A DNA stretch of 64,000 nt. Origin: an uncultured Bacteroides sp. GTDB lineage: Bacteria; Bacillota; Clostridia; Lachnospirales; Lachnospiraceae. The DNA lies in assembly GCA_964600805.1 (NCBI GenBank), contig CAZRKN010000002.1, forward strand, positions 11,967 through 75,966. Direction: 5' to 3'. The position numbers and the translations under genes were made by a program. How positions within the stretch are numbered: the first letter of the stretch is position 1; each line of letters begins with the position of its first letter. The notes under the pieces were generated by a model, which saw only the letters and a program-made list of their open reading frames with translations, had not been told where the DNA came from and did no database searches. This document shows positions 52,938 through 63,624 of the stretch, piece by piece.

Positions 52938-54113
52938 ATGATTTTTGTAAAAAGGGATGATTTAAAGACAGGTATGCGGCTTGCCCGTCCTATTTACAAT
53001 AAGAATGGCGTTCTGCTGTATGAAAGGAATTCAAAGCTCACCGCTCAGAGCATTAACAGTATCAAAAACTTTGGGCTGATTGGTATTTTTGTTTTGGAGC
53101 CCGCGGAACCTGTGCCGCCGATGACACGAGATGATATTGAATTTGAGCGTTTTCAGACCATGTGCGTGTTTTCCATTCGTGAAGAATTGGATAATATTCT
53201 ATTAAAATCAAAGACGGCCAAGATGCAGGTACTCACCTCAAATGTCATAAGATATTATGGTCATCTGGATAGAAAAGTCACATTTATGCAGAATCTTCGC
53301 AGCAAAGACGACTATATTTATAAACATTCTCTGAATGTTGCAATTTTATGCGCACTGATAACGCATACCATGAATCTGTCAGTATCGGAGCAGCTTGATA
53401 CGGTTACTGCTGCAGTTGTTCACGATATTGGCAAGCTTTCAGCACCTAAGGAAATATTGTTGCAGGATGAATGGACTGATGCGGAAAAAGAACGTATTAA
53501 AGCTGCGGAAATTGCGGGCTTTGGTCTGATAGAACACGTGTTTGCGTCATCGCCTAATATAAAGAGAATCTGTGTGCAGACGCAGAATAATCTGGAATGC
53601 CGTGAGAAAGGTAAGGAAAATGATATTTCTAAGATGGTCATGGGAGCTAAAGTACTGTCCGTAGCAGAAACCTTTGATACTATGACGGCGGTACAGATTG
53701 ATGCTGTTGAGGCGTCTTCCGAGGTCGCGGCGCTTAAATTTTTACAGGAGAATTATAAATATTTTGATGAAAAAGTTGTGAGTGCCCTATGCAAATCTAT
53801 AAATATTCTTTTTCCCGGTGTCAGTGTGGAACTTAATACCGGAGCCAAAGCGCTTGTATTAGTGGAGAATCCGGTAAATATTCTTAAACCTCTGGTACTG
53901 ACCTTTGGCGATAACAGACTTATTGATTTAGGTAACCATGCATACGATGGACACATGGAAATCAAAGATGTCATGAAGACGATGGATAACCGTTATGTTA
54001 TGAACATGGACCTTTTAAAAAGACAGGGAATTGAAGTAGAAGAACCTGTCTATGTGCAGGAAACACAATATGAAAAAGAGTTCAGTGCAAATTATACAGA
54101 AAGAAGGACTTGA
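52938..54113 (+). CDS. Degenerate HD-GYP family protein
   Basis: LKTGMRLARPIY N-terminus, HSLNVA, HDIGK present; HH...GYP motif absent. Confidence 0.8.
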   Translation: MIFVKRDDLKTGMRLARPIYNKNGVLLYERNSKLTAQSINSIKNFGLIGIFVLEPAEPVPPMTRDDIEFERFQTMCVFSIREELDNILLKSKTAKMQVLTSNVIRYYGHLDRKVTFMQNLRSKDDYIYKHSLNVAILCALITHTMNLSVSEQLDTVTAAVVHDIGKLSAPKEILLQDEWTDAEKERIKAAEIAGFGLIEHVFASSPNIKRICVQTQNNLECREKGKENDISKMVMGAKVLSVAETFDTMTAVQIDAVEASSEVAALKFLQENYKYFDEKVVSALCKSINILFPGVSVELNTGAKALVLVENPVNILKPLVLTFGDNRLIDLGNHAYDGHMEIKDVMKTMDNRYVMNMDLLKRQGIEVEEPVYVQETQYEKEFSANYTERRT

Positions 54114-54116
54114 CAG

Positions 54117-55172
54117 ATGCCAACGATAGTAGAAATTATGAGAGATGCCCATAATGCGGGTGCGTCTGATGTACATATTACGGTAGGTGTGCCGCCGAAG
54201 ATGCGAGTCAACGGTAACCTGATTACAATGAATTATCCTAAAATGCTGCCGGCAGATACGTTAGAGATAGTATTGGAAGTCATGACGGAAGTACAGCGCG
54301 AGCGTTTTGAGGAACGCGGGGAGTATGATATGTCCTTCTCCATTCCGGAACTTGGACGTTACCGTGTAAATGCCTATAAGCAGAGAGGCACATGCGCTAT
54401 GGCGCTGCGCCTTGTCAGCACTAAGGTTCCGGCGCCTGAAGTGCTTGGCGTTCCGGATTCCGTCATAAATTTATATGAAAGAAAAAGAGGTCTGATTCTG
54501 GTTACCGGGCCTACGGGAAGCGGTAAATCTACAACCCTTGCTGCGATTATCGATAAGATAAATAATAACAGAGACGCCCACGTTATTACACTTGAAGACC
54601 CGATTGAGTATCTGCACCAGCATAAAGTAGCTATGGTAAACCAGCGTGAAATCGGACTGGATTCACAGAGCTATGCCAACGCGCTGCGTGCTGCGCTGCG
54701 TGAAGACCCGGACGTTATTCTGGTCGGTGAGATGCGTGATTTTGAGACAATCAGTGTTGCCATTACCGCAGCGGAAACAGGACATCTTGTTTTATCTACG
54801 CTGCATACGATTGGTGCAGCAAGCACGGTTGATCGTGTCATTGACGTTTTCCCGCCTCACCAGCAACAGCAGATTCGCGTACAGTTTGCAAATGTTCTTG
54901 AAGCGGTTATTTCGCAGCAGCTCATTCCTACGATGGATGGCAAAGGGCGTGTAGCGGCGTTTGAGGTTATGCACGCCAACCACGCGGTCAGAAATCTGAT
55001 TCGCGAAGGAAAATCTCATCAGCTTGTGTCTGTTATGCAGACAAACCGCAAGATGGGAATGATTACAATGGATGAAAGTATTTCACAGTTATACTTTGAT
55101 GGAAAAATTGACAGGGAAATGGCGATTCAGTTCGCGGTTGACCCGGACGGAATGCAGAATAAAATATTTTAA
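54117..55172 (+). CDS. pilT: Type IV pilus retraction ATPase
   Basis: GPTGSGKSTT, EDPIE, LREDPDVILVGEMRD, TGHLVLSTLH, AVRNLIRE. Confidence 0.96.
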   Translation: MPTIVEIMRDAHNAGASDVHITVGVPPKMRVNGNLITMNYPKMLPADTLEIVLEVMTEVQRERFEERGEYDMSFSIPELGRYRVNAYKQRGTCAMALRLVSTKVPAPEVLGVPDSVINLYERKRGLILVTGPTGSGKSTTLAAIIDKINNNRDAHVITLEDPIEYLHQHKVAMVNQREIGLDSQSYANALRAALREDPDVILVGEMRDFETISVAITAAETGHLVLSTLHTIGAASTVDRVIDVFPPHQQQQIRVQFANVLEAVISQQLIPTMDGKGRVAAFEVMHANHAVRNLIREGKSHQLVSVMQTNRKMGMITMDESISQLYFDGKIDREMAIQFAVDPDGMQNKIF

Positions 55173-55212
55173 ACTAATACGCAACAGGTTGTGCAACTGT
55201 TGCGTATTAGTT
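55172..55212 (+). terminator. 16-bp perfect stem-loop after pilT (terminator or mRNA stabiliser)
   Basis: AACTAATACGCAACAG / CTGTTGCGTATTAGTT; weak U-tail. Confidence 0.55.
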
Positions 55213-55254
55213 ATGCAGATAATTAGCGGCGACAAAAAATATAGGAGGTACAAG

Positions 55255-58200
55255 ATGAAGAAAGCAATGAAAAAGCTTTTCCGAAAAGGTATAAGCGGTA
55301 TTCTGTGTGCGGCAATGATATTGACAAGCCTGTCAATACCGGAAATGACAGCGTATGCATCACAGACAGAGATTACCGAAGAAACGGAAAATGCGGATGT
55401 GACAAATGAAGAAGGAACCGAAAACGAAATGCCGGACGAGGGTTCAGGTAAAGAAGATGTCAATTCCGAAGCAGGGGAGGATGATTCGGCGGATGAAACC
55501 GATGCCCCGGACGAGGATGCTTCTGAAGATGGCACAGATGAAACCGATGCTTCGGATGAAGACGCTTCTGAAGGCAGCGCGGATGAAACTCCGAATGAGG
55601 ATTCCGACGAAAATGAAGAAGTCATAGCAGAACTTTCGGCGGACAAGTCCGAAACGGAGACATATAGTACAAGAAGTGCAGGGAAAGATTTCTACTACTA
55701 TTATGTGGGCGCAGATGAAGATGCTGAATATGAATTGGGCGTTACCTTATGGAAAGCTGGTGATGCTGAAATTTCTGCGGATGCGACGGCAGAACAATGG
55801 TCATTTGGTAATTGGAGTGGAGATGTTTATCCTATGACCTCCGTTACAGGTTATGCCGGATGGTATAAGATTAATCTGACGATTACTGATTCGCTGGATA
55901 CCAGCAATGACAACTGTGCAAGCTTCACGGTTTACCAAAGGAAAAAGAGCGTTGATTCGGATGATAATCCTGTTTACTCTGAGGCGGAATCACTGAGTGA
56001 AAAATATACCGGCTGGTATAAGGATAGTGGCATTGGAACTGATTATAGTACCTTTGTTAATGAAGACACCATTTCGTATGCAGAAAAAAACGGCAAAGGT
56101 TATGCCAATGCTACGGCTGCGGATATTGAGCGTAACGTGACACTGCATGTTTATTCGGAAAACGGTGTGCCTTCTATTATGTCAACTACTGAACTGAGTT
56201 ATATAGATGAGGCGGCTGGCAGTAAGAAACCGCTTACTGCGGATGATACAAAGTCTGGTGGTGATACCGAGGCATCTAAATGGTATAATTATTACTACAA
56301 CATGAAAGCGGACACAGGAAACTGGTATACACTTACGTTTATCGCTCCTGATAATGGAAAGTCATATAAGATATGTGACTTAGTGATAGGTAACGATTGG
56401 ACTCATTTCATGGACGGTTCTGTAAGTGGAGATAGTAATGTTGACTTCACCCCGGCATTCAAGGACAAGACCTATTATAAAGACGGTGTATTTTATGAAT
56501 CAAAAGCCGACGCAATTACAATCATTAATCTTAAAAATCTGAAAGACTTGCTGGGCTCAAAAGAAGTTTCTGATATTATTAGCAAGGGCGAAAAGAAATA
56601 TACAGTAGATTCATGGAAAGCATTTTATAGTGCTAAGGAACAGGCGCAAACAGTAGTAGATAAGTGTAATAACAGTGCAGATGAAGCTGTTAAGGCTGAT
56701 GATTACACGAGCGACGATATTACAGATGCTTATAGAGCCCTTAATGATGCTATATCAGGTATGATAGATATATCAGATAAAACTGTCGTTACATTCCGCT
56801 ATTATAATGATACTATTGCGGCGGATGAAGAATTAGGTTTGACGTTTTATAGTAGTGATAATTCTTTTGCTAATGAAACCGCCTATGATGATTGGCATTT
56901 GTGGGCTGAAGGCGATGCTCGTAAAATGACATCATTAGAGGAAGAGGGATATAAAGGCTGGTACACTGTTCCTATAATCTTTGAAGAAGGCGGCTCATGG
57001 CCGGGCTTCGTAATTAGCAAACATAAAAAGGGTGATAATAGCGAAAAAGGAACAGCAGTAGCAACATTTGAACAAAATCAAATTCCCTACCCGGATGTAA
57101 CCAAGGTTGGAACAGACTTTGCTTTTAAAGCCGGTAAATATTATTACGGCGCTGATATGGCAGAATCCATTATGCGCAACGTCACTCTGTACGTTTACAG
57201 TAAAGACGGCGTACCTTCTATCATGTCAACCACTGAGCTGAGTTATATAGATGAGGCGGCGGATGAAGCGGCTGACAGCAAGAAGAAGCTGACTGCGGAT
57301 AGTACAAGCGAAGGTAAAAATTACTACAATATGACACCGGACACAGGAAACTGGTATACACTTACGTTTATCGCCCCTGATATTGAAGAGTCTGGTAAGA
57401 TATGTGAGTTATACATAGGCAGCACATGGAAGATGAACTTCATGAACGGTCCCATACAGTCCGGACGTGAAGAATGGGATGTTGACTTCACCCCGGTATT
57501 TAAAGGTGAAATATACTATAAAGACGGCAAATTCTCCGATTCCAGAGCCATATCTCTTGGAGATTTGAAGGAACTTCTGGCGACGGCCCAAGCAATGAAG
57601 CAGGGAGCCTATTCTAAAGAAACATGGGATGCATTACAATCTGCTATAACTAAGGCTGAAACAGCAGTTGGAACTCTTGCCGGCAAAGATGACGATTATA
57701 CGGATGAAGATTCAGAAACAACAGGTGATACAACTGTCACAACCGCTTATAATAACCTAAGTGCGGCTATAGACGGTTTGTCGCTTTCCGTTAAGTTATA
57801 TTATTATGTATCGACCAATGTGAAAGAAGTCGGTCTTACCATTTGGTCAAATGGCGGTAAGGTTATAGAGACAAAAGCGGAGCAGACTACACAATGGAAA
57901 GCTTACGATGACGATAAGAATACTACTTATAAGTTTACTGAAGAAGCTTATCCCGGCTGGTACTCCATTTCGATTGAATTTAAAAACGGTGCAGCTGCGA
58001 CTGACGCAGGATTTGCGATTCATACATGGGATGGAAGCAAAAATAGCGTACAGGTCTATGATTGTTCCATGAAGTGGCAGAATACGGATATATATGCAGC
58101 GCTTATTTCCGGCAGAGCGTCTTGTTATGCAGTTAAGGGTAGTTTATATGAAGGCGAAGACTTAATTAAAGCCCTTATGAGAAATGCCAAGATATATGTT

Positions 58201-61200
58201 TATGACAGAAAGGGCATACCTGCAATCGCCGCAGGAAGCGCATTATCATACGTAGATGAAAAAGATGCTGGGAAAAAGCCTCTTCCCAATTTTGTTGAAA
58301 AGGATGGATTATATTATTACGATATGGAGAATATCGATGATGCCAATTGGTATTCGCTGACCTTTTCGGCGCCTGTAACAACAGGAGGGGCAAATGAGGT
58401 TGTTAAGCTGTACAGTAAATCCGAAGCAGGTGAATATACGCTTGTAAAGATTTTCGTAGAAGGTACGGCGTCAGAAGGAGAACTTGACTATACTCCTGTA
58501 TTTAATGGTGATGTATATTATAAAAACGGAAAGTTTTATTACGAAAAACCGATGACGGCAGACAGCTTACAGGTTCTGATTGAAAAAGCAGACGCTTTGA
58601 TTGCGAATGAGGAAACCGATCCTAAGTACCTGAAGGAAGAAAATAAAGGTAAAACAGAGTGGGATGACTTCAAGTCAAAGCTTGATGCAGCTAAAGCATT
58701 AGTTGCGCAGACCGAACCTGAACCCACGGATGATGAAATCATTTCGGCATATAATGAGTTAGATGAGGCAATGAAAGCCCTTATTCCGATTCCCAGCGAG
58801 TCTAAGAGCATCAGTGTGGAACGTGTAGCGTTGGATGATGATTTTATAACTGGCGCCGACCTTTCATCTTACCTTTCACTGAAAGAGAGTGGCGTAGTAT
58901 TTAAGGATGAGAACGGAAAGGCACTGTCCGATGCGGGCTTTTTTAAGATGCTCTATGACGGCGGTACAAACTGGGTTCGTATCCGTATATGGAACGATCC
59001 TTATAATAGCAGCGGAAACGGATACGGCGGCGGCAACTCAGACTTGAATAAGGCGAAGATTATAGGTAAATTGGCAACAGATGCAGGTATGAGAGTGCTT
59101 ATAGATTTCCATTATTCGGATTTCTGGGCTGATCCGGCGAAACAGGATACGCCTAAAGCGTGGGCGAACTTATCTATTGACGAGAAGGCAGATGCAGTAG
59201 AGAACTATACGAAAGAAAGCCTGAACGAATTAAAGGCTGCCGGTGTCGATGTCGGTATGGTTCAGGTGGGTAATGAAACCAATAACGCTATATGCGGTGA
59301 AACCGTTTGGGATAATCAGGTTAAGATTTATAACGCGGGCAAGAGAGGCGTAAAAGGATCTGACTTTGGAGAAGACTGCCTTGTAGCAGTACATATTGCA
59401 GACCCCAGTTCATCAGGATTTGCATCTTTGGCACAGCAGTTGAATATGGCTGTGGATTATGATGTATTTGCGGCATCCTATTATCCGTTCTGGCATGGAA
59501 CAAGTGAGAATCTGACTGAACAATTGACTGCTATAGCAGCTGCAACCGGTAAGAAAGTCATGGTAGCGGAAACCTCATGGGTAACTACATGGGATGACGG
59601 TGACGGACATGACAATACCGCGCCTAGGACGGAAGGCCAGACACTTAAATATCCCGTTTCCCTTCAAGGTCAGGCGGATGAAATAAGGGATGTTGTTAAT
59701 GCGGTCAATCTGGTTAATGGAAAGGTGAGAAACAATCCGGCAATAGGCGTGTTCTATTGGGAGCCGGCATGGATATCACCGTACTATGTTTATAAAGCAG
59801 ATGGTACTATAGATCAGAGTTTATATAATAAAAATAAAGCGGCATGGGAGAAGTACGGTTCCGGCTGGGCATCCAGCTATGCAGCGGAATATGACCCTGC
59901 AGATGCAGGTCTGTGGTATGGCGGAAGCGCCGTTGATAATCAGGCATGGTTTGATTTTGAAGGCAGGGCATATGAAACAACTAAGATATACCAATATATA
60001 AGGACTGCCGCAACGGCTTCTGAGCGTGAGAATGCGATTTCCACAGTAATGAGGGATATTACGTTAAAGACTAATGTAGGCGAGAAGATTGCGTGGCCGG
60101 ATAAGGTAAAAGTAACCTTTAATGATGGCTCTACATCATATGATGAGAATAGTCCTTTAGTTAGTATGTCAGTTAAATGGGATGAAGATCAGAAAAAACT
60201 GGTCAATACCGACAAACCGGGAGTATATACAGTATACGGTACCGTAAAATGTACTTATAAATCCGGAAAAGGCGATGAAACAAAGACAGAGACATACAAT
60301 AATATTAAACTTACTATTGAAGTTGTGGCTGCAAGTAATATTTTGGTTAACCCGGGATTTGAAGAATTCGATGCTTCATGGGTTGGAAGTGGAACCGGAA
60401 TAAATAGTAGTCAGAGTGAGTGGTTAAAAAATTATCGTAGTGGCGAAAAAGCTTTGGCGTTCTGGCTGGATAAACCGTTTAACTTTACCATAGAGCAGAA
60501 GGTTGAAGGGATTGAGCAGGGTATATATTCATTTGGCGGATATATCCAGGGCGGCGGCGCCGGAAATAAGGATTTGCAGACGTTATATGTCAAGGTATAT
60601 GGCAGTGGTGCAGATACGCCTAAGATGACATACAAAACAACCTGTGGCTTAAACGGATTCCTTAACTGGGCAAATCCGGAAATTAATGGAATCAAAGTTT
60701 CCAATGGCGATTATCTGGTAGTCGGAATGGAGGTTGTATCGACTGTAGAAGGAGCCTGGGGAACTATAGACGACATGTATTTATATGGTTCTTATGGACT
60801 TAATGTAAATACGGTTCAACACGGTGTTATCAATGTCAGCAGTATGGAAGCTACAAGCGGTGATATTGTCAGAATAGCGGCGATTCCTGATAACGGCTAT
60901 GTTTTATCAAGTATTTCTGTTTCCGGAATGCAGGTAAAAGAAAATTCCATAGGATTAATGGCAGATGGGGCTGTGTTTAGTTTCACGGCATCGGATGCTG
61001 CTTCACCCAATAAGGCGACTCTGACCTATAAAACTAACAGTACTGATGCTACAGCTGTCGCAGAGTTCAAAATGCCTGACGGCAGCGTAACGATTGATGC
61101 TGAGTTTACGGAAATTAGTTTTGTACCGGCGGTATTGATAGATGATGTAACCGTTGCAGGATTTTCCAAGCCTGAGGGTGGCGGCAAATATATCTGTGAT

Positions 61201-63405
61201 ACCGTACAGGAATATACCGGACGTTCAATCGTGCTTGATCTGGACTTAAGCTATAACGGATATACCTTGACATCAGCTGATTATACCGCAACATTCTCTA
61301 AGAATAAGAATGTAACGACAGATACAGATATGGCTGAGATTAAGATTAAAGCAAAGGGTAAGAAATTCACAGGAATAAGAATTCTGTACTTTAAGATTGT
61401 TGATACAAAGGTAGATATCTCTAAGGGTGTTAAAGCCGTATTGAATGAGGAGTCGGATGTTACTACCGCTAGTGTAGCAACTTATTATTACACAGGAGAA
61501 GAGATTGAACCGACGATTGGGAAACTTACAGATAAAAATGGAGAAGTTTTGAAATCAAAAACTTCGGCGGATATGACTCTGGTAAAAGGAACGGATTACG
61601 AGATATATTACCAGAATAATATCAAGGTCGGCACGGCTAAGATGACAGTAATTGCAAAGAGTGACAGTAAAAACATCAGAGGTTCATTCACTCAGACCTT
61701 CAAGATTGCCAAACGTCCGATCACTGATAGCAGCATTACAATTTCCGAGCCTTCGGGCGGCGTTTATACGGGCGGTAAGATTACGCCTAATGTTACCGTA
61801 AAACATGGTACTAAGGTATTGCAGAAAGGTAAAGATTATACGCTTACTTATAAGAACAATGTCAATGTAAGCACAGGAACTGTTAAAGCTTCCATTAAGG
61901 TTACGGGTAAAGGCAGCTATACAGGAAGCACGGAAAAATATCCGGGCAGCGACAATAATATTACTTTTGAAATTTCGGCAAAAAGTATAGGCGACCATGG
62001 TATCAAGGTAACTGCTGATGATATCCTTAAGGATAAGGCGGCAAAAATTACCGTAAAGAACGGAACAAAGACATTGACGCTGAATAAGCAGTATAAGGTT
62101 AATGAAATTGTCCGCATAAAAGATGAAAACGGAGCTTTGGTTGAGGGAGAAGCCGAAATAATATATACAGATGGCGGCCAGACAAGACTGAATGCTAAGA
62201 TAGTTAAAGCGGGCAGATATAAAGTAACCGTTGAAGGTGTGGGCAATTACGGTGGTCAGAATACCGCTGAGTTTACGGTAACCGACAAGGATCATATGAT
62301 GTCAAATATGCAAGTGAAACTGCCTAAGTCCCTTATCTTCACCGGCAGCGAAATCCGCCTTACGACAAACGGTACAGATCCACAGTTAAAGGTAATTCCG
62401 AAAAACTCAACCACAGCGCTTAATTACGGAACGGATTATGAAGTGAGTTATGAAGATGCCAAGGGCGATAAGACCAATATTAAGGTCGGTACGGCTAAAG
62501 TGACGATTAAAGGTAAGGGACTTTATGCCGGAACTAAGACGGCTACATTTAAAATAACCAAGAGCCCGATGGTGGCAGATAGCGGCAGTGCGGATGCAAA
62601 TGCAGGTAAAACTGTCGTTGGCTGGGAGCCTAAGAAGGATACTTTGCTGTACAATATAAATAAAGATCTTGGTGAAGATGAGAAACTCTACCTTCCTTAT
62701 ACAGGATATAAATGGACGCCGGAGTTGGATGTTTACACAACAAGCGGCGGAGCAAAGAAGGTATTGACTAAGGGAGTCGATTATACGATTACTTTCAATA
62801 AGAATCTTAATGCCAAGGATGAAGCATCCATTACCATCAAGGGTAAAGGAAATTACAGCGGTACCGTTAAGATTGAAAAAATATTTACTATAAAGGATGT
62901 TACCCTGGATGACTTTGTAATCACAATTAATCCGGTTGAGTACAACGGTAAAGCAATTAAACCTGCCATTAACTTTGTTTATACTAAGACCGGAACCGCG
63001 CTCAATTTGAAAGCGGGTACGGCATACAGTGTGAAGTATAAGAATAATAAGAATGTGGCAAGCGTTGAGAGCGCAGCTGCAATCAAGCCTACCGTAACCA
63101 TTACGGAAAAAGGACTGAATGCTGAAAAGAAGGGAACTGAAAAGAAGACGGATGATTTCTATTTCACAATAACAACGGGTGTTATCACATATGCAAGCAT
63201 AAGTGATGTTAAGTTACAGACATATAGCGGTAAGCCTGTTAAACCGGCACTTACGGTTAAAGTGAACGGAAAGAAACTTAAAGCAGGAAAGGATTACACA
63301 GTTAAGTACAGCGGCAATTCCGGACCAAACGATAAAGCGAAAGTGCAGATTATCGGAATAGGAAATTATTCAGGAACTGTTGAAAAGACATTCGTAATTA
63401 AATAA
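55255..63405 (+). CDS. Giant secreted modular GH53 endo-beta-1,4-galactanase (~2716 aa)
   Basis: RBS AGGAGG and signal peptide at 55255; GH53 motifs GADLSS, RIRIWNDP, DFHYSDFWADP, VGNETN, SYYPFWHG, VAETSW, FYWEPAW; FIVAR-like, Ig-like and CBM-like segments; about 8 C-terminal YTG...DY...GNY repeats. Confidence 0.9.
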   Translation: MKKAMKKLFRKGISGILCAAMILTSLSIPEMTAYASQTEITEETENADVTNEEGTENEMPDEGSGKEDVNSEAGEDDSADETDAPDEDASEDGTDETDASDEDASEGSADETPNEDSDENEEVIAELSADKSETETYSTRSAGKDFYYYYVGADEDAEYELGVTLWKAGDAEISADATAEQWSFGNWSGDVYPMTSVTGYAGWYKINLTITDSLDTSNDNCASFTVYQRKKSVDSDDNPVYSEAESLSEKYTGWYKDSGIGTDYSTFVNEDTISYAEKNGKGYANATAADIERNVTLHVYSENGVPSIMSTTELSYIDEAAGSKKPLTADDTKSGGDTEASKWYNYYYNMKADTGNWYTLTFIAPDNGKSYKICDLVIGNDWTHFMDGSVSGDSNVDFTPAFKDKTYYKDGVFYESKADAITIINLKNLKDLLGSKEVSDIISKGEKKYTVDSWKAFYSAKEQAQTVVDKCNNSADEAVKADDYTSDDITDAYRALNDAISGMIDISDKTVVTFRYYNDTIAADEELGLTFYSSDNSFANETAYDDWHLWAEGDARKMTSLEEEGYKGWYTVPIIFEEGGSWPGFVISKHKKGDNSEKGTAVATFEQNQIPYPDVTKVGTDFAFKAGKYYYGADMAESIMRNVTLYVYSKDGVPSIMSTTELSYIDEAADEAADSKKKLTADSTSEGKNYYNMTPDTGNWYTLTFIAPDIEESGKICELYIGSTWKMNFMNGPIQSGREEWDVDFTPVFKGEIYYKDGKFSDSRAISLGDLKELLATAQAMKQGAYSKETWDALQSAITKAETAVGTLAGKDDDYTDEDSETTGDTTVTTAYNNLSAAIDGLSLSVKLYYYVSTNVKEVGLTIWSNGGKVIETKAEQTTQWKAYDDDKNTTYKFTEEAYPGWYSISIEFKNGAAATDAGFAIHTWDGSKNSVQVYDCSMKWQNTDIYAALISGRASCYAVKGSLYEGEDLIKALMRNAKIYVYDRKGIPAIAAGSALSYVDEKDAGKKPLPNFVEKDGLYYYDMENIDDANWYSLTFSAPVTTGGANEVVKLYSKSEAGEYTLVKIFVEGTASEGELDYTPVFNGDVYYKNGKFYYEKPMTADSLQVLIEKADALIANEETDPKYLKEENKGKTEWDDFKSKLDAAKALVAQTEPEPTDDEIISAYNELDEAMKALIPIPSESKSISVERVALDDDFITGADLSSYLSLKESGVVFKDENGKALSDAGFFKMLYDGGTNWVRIRIWNDPYNSSGNGYGGGNSDLNKAKIIGKLATDAGMRVLIDFHYSDFWADPAKQDTPKAWANLSIDEKADAVENYTKESLNELKAAGVDVGMVQVGNETNNAICGETVWDNQVKIYNAGKRGVKGSDFGEDCLVAVHIADPSSSGFASLAQQLNMAVDYDVFAASYYPFWHGTSENLTEQLTAIAAATGKKVMVAETSWVTTWDDGDGHDNTAPRTEGQTLKYPVSLQGQADEIRDVVNAVNLVNGKVRNNPAIGVFYWEPAWISPYYVYKADGTIDQSLYNKNKAAWEKYGSGWASSYAAEYDPADAGLWYGGSAVDNQAWFDFEGRAYETTKIYQYIRTAATASERENAISTVMRDITLKTNVGEKIAWPDKVKVTFNDGSTSYDENSPLVSMSVKWDEDQKKLVNTDKPGVYTVYGTVKCTYKSGKGDETKTETYNNIKLTIEVVAASNILVNPGFEEFDASWVGSGTGINSSQSEWLKNYRSGEKALAFWLDKPFNFTIEQKVEGIEQGIYSFGGYIQGGGAGNKDLQTLYVKVYGSGADTPKMTYKTTCGLNGFLNWANPEINGIKVSNGDYLVVGMEVVSTVEGAWGTIDDMYLYGSYGLNVNTVQHGVINVSSMEATSGDIVRIAAIPDNGYVLSSISVSGMQVKENSIGLMADGAVFSFTASDAASPNKATLTYKTNSTDATAVAEFKMPDGSVTIDAEFTEISFVPAVLIDDVTVAGFSKPEGGGKYICDTVQEYTGRSIVLDLDLSYNGYTLTSADYTATFSKNKNVTTDTDMAEIKIKAKGKKFTGIRILYFKIVDTKVDISKGVKAVLNEESDVTTASVATYYYTGEEIEPTIGKLTDKNGEVLKSKTSADMTLVKGTDYEIYYQNNIKVGTAKMTVIAKSDSKNIRGSFTQTFKIAKRPITDSSITISEPSGGVYTGGKITPNVTVKHGTKVLQKGKDYTLTYKNNVNVSTGTVKASIKVTGKGSYTGSTEKYPGSDNNITFEISAKSIGDHGIKVTADDILKDKAAKITVKNGTKTLTLNKQYKVNEIVRIKDENGALVEGEAEIIYTDGGQTRLNAKIVKAGRYKVTVEGVGNYGGQNTAEFTVTDKDHMMSNMQVKLPKSLIFTGSEIRLTTNGTDPQLKVIPKNSTTALNYGTDYEVSYEDAKGDKTNIKVGTAKVTIKGKGLYAGTKTATFKITKSPMVADSGSADANAGKTVVGWEPKKDTLLYNINKDLGEDEKLYLPYTGYKWTPELDVYTTSGGAKKVLTKGVDYTITFNKNLNAKDEASITIKGKGNYSGTVKIEKIFTIKDVTLDDFVITINPVEYNGKAIKPAINFVYTKTGTALNLKAGTAYSVKYKNNKNVASVESAAAIKPTVTITEKGLNAEKKGTEKKTDDFYFTITTGVITYASISDVKLQTYSGKPVKPALTVKVNGKKLKAGKDYTVKYSGNSGPNDKAKVQIIGIGNYSGTVEKTFVIK
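55492..55610 (+). repeat. 45-bp coding tandem repeat in the acidic linker
   Basis: GATGAAAC at 55492, 55537 and 55582 (DETDAxDEDASE). Confidence 0.8.
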
Positions 63406-63410
63406 TCTCT

Positions 63411-63445
63411 AAAAGAGGTCGGAGACAATTCTCCGGCTTCTTTTA
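63411..63445 (+). terminator. Terminator after the GH53 gene
   Basis: AAAAGAGGTCGGAGA...TCTCCGGCTTCTTTT. Confidence 0.8.
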
Positions 63446-63501
63446 TATATTAACGTTTTAAAGCATTTTGAGTGTGAATCATGAGCAAAAGAAAATTAAT
63501 A

Positions 63502-63530
63502 TTGACATTCTCGTTAGTATCTATTAAGAT
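63502..63530 (+). promoter_or_regulatory. Putative sigmaA promoter upstream of comM/yifB
   Basis: TTGACA-17 bp-TAAGAT; nearby short ATCTATT direct repeats. Confidence 0.55.
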
Positions 63531-63624
63531 TAAACTTGTTAGTTTACAATCTATTGGAAATCTATTAAGAGTCTGAATTATGAATCAAGGCATATCGCCG
63601 AAGAATTCAAACATCAATAACGTA

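Noticed and set aside
55072-55254. Longer N-terminus for the GH53 protein
   Set aside because: It overlaps pilT and a stem-loop; the RBS and signal peptide point to 55255.
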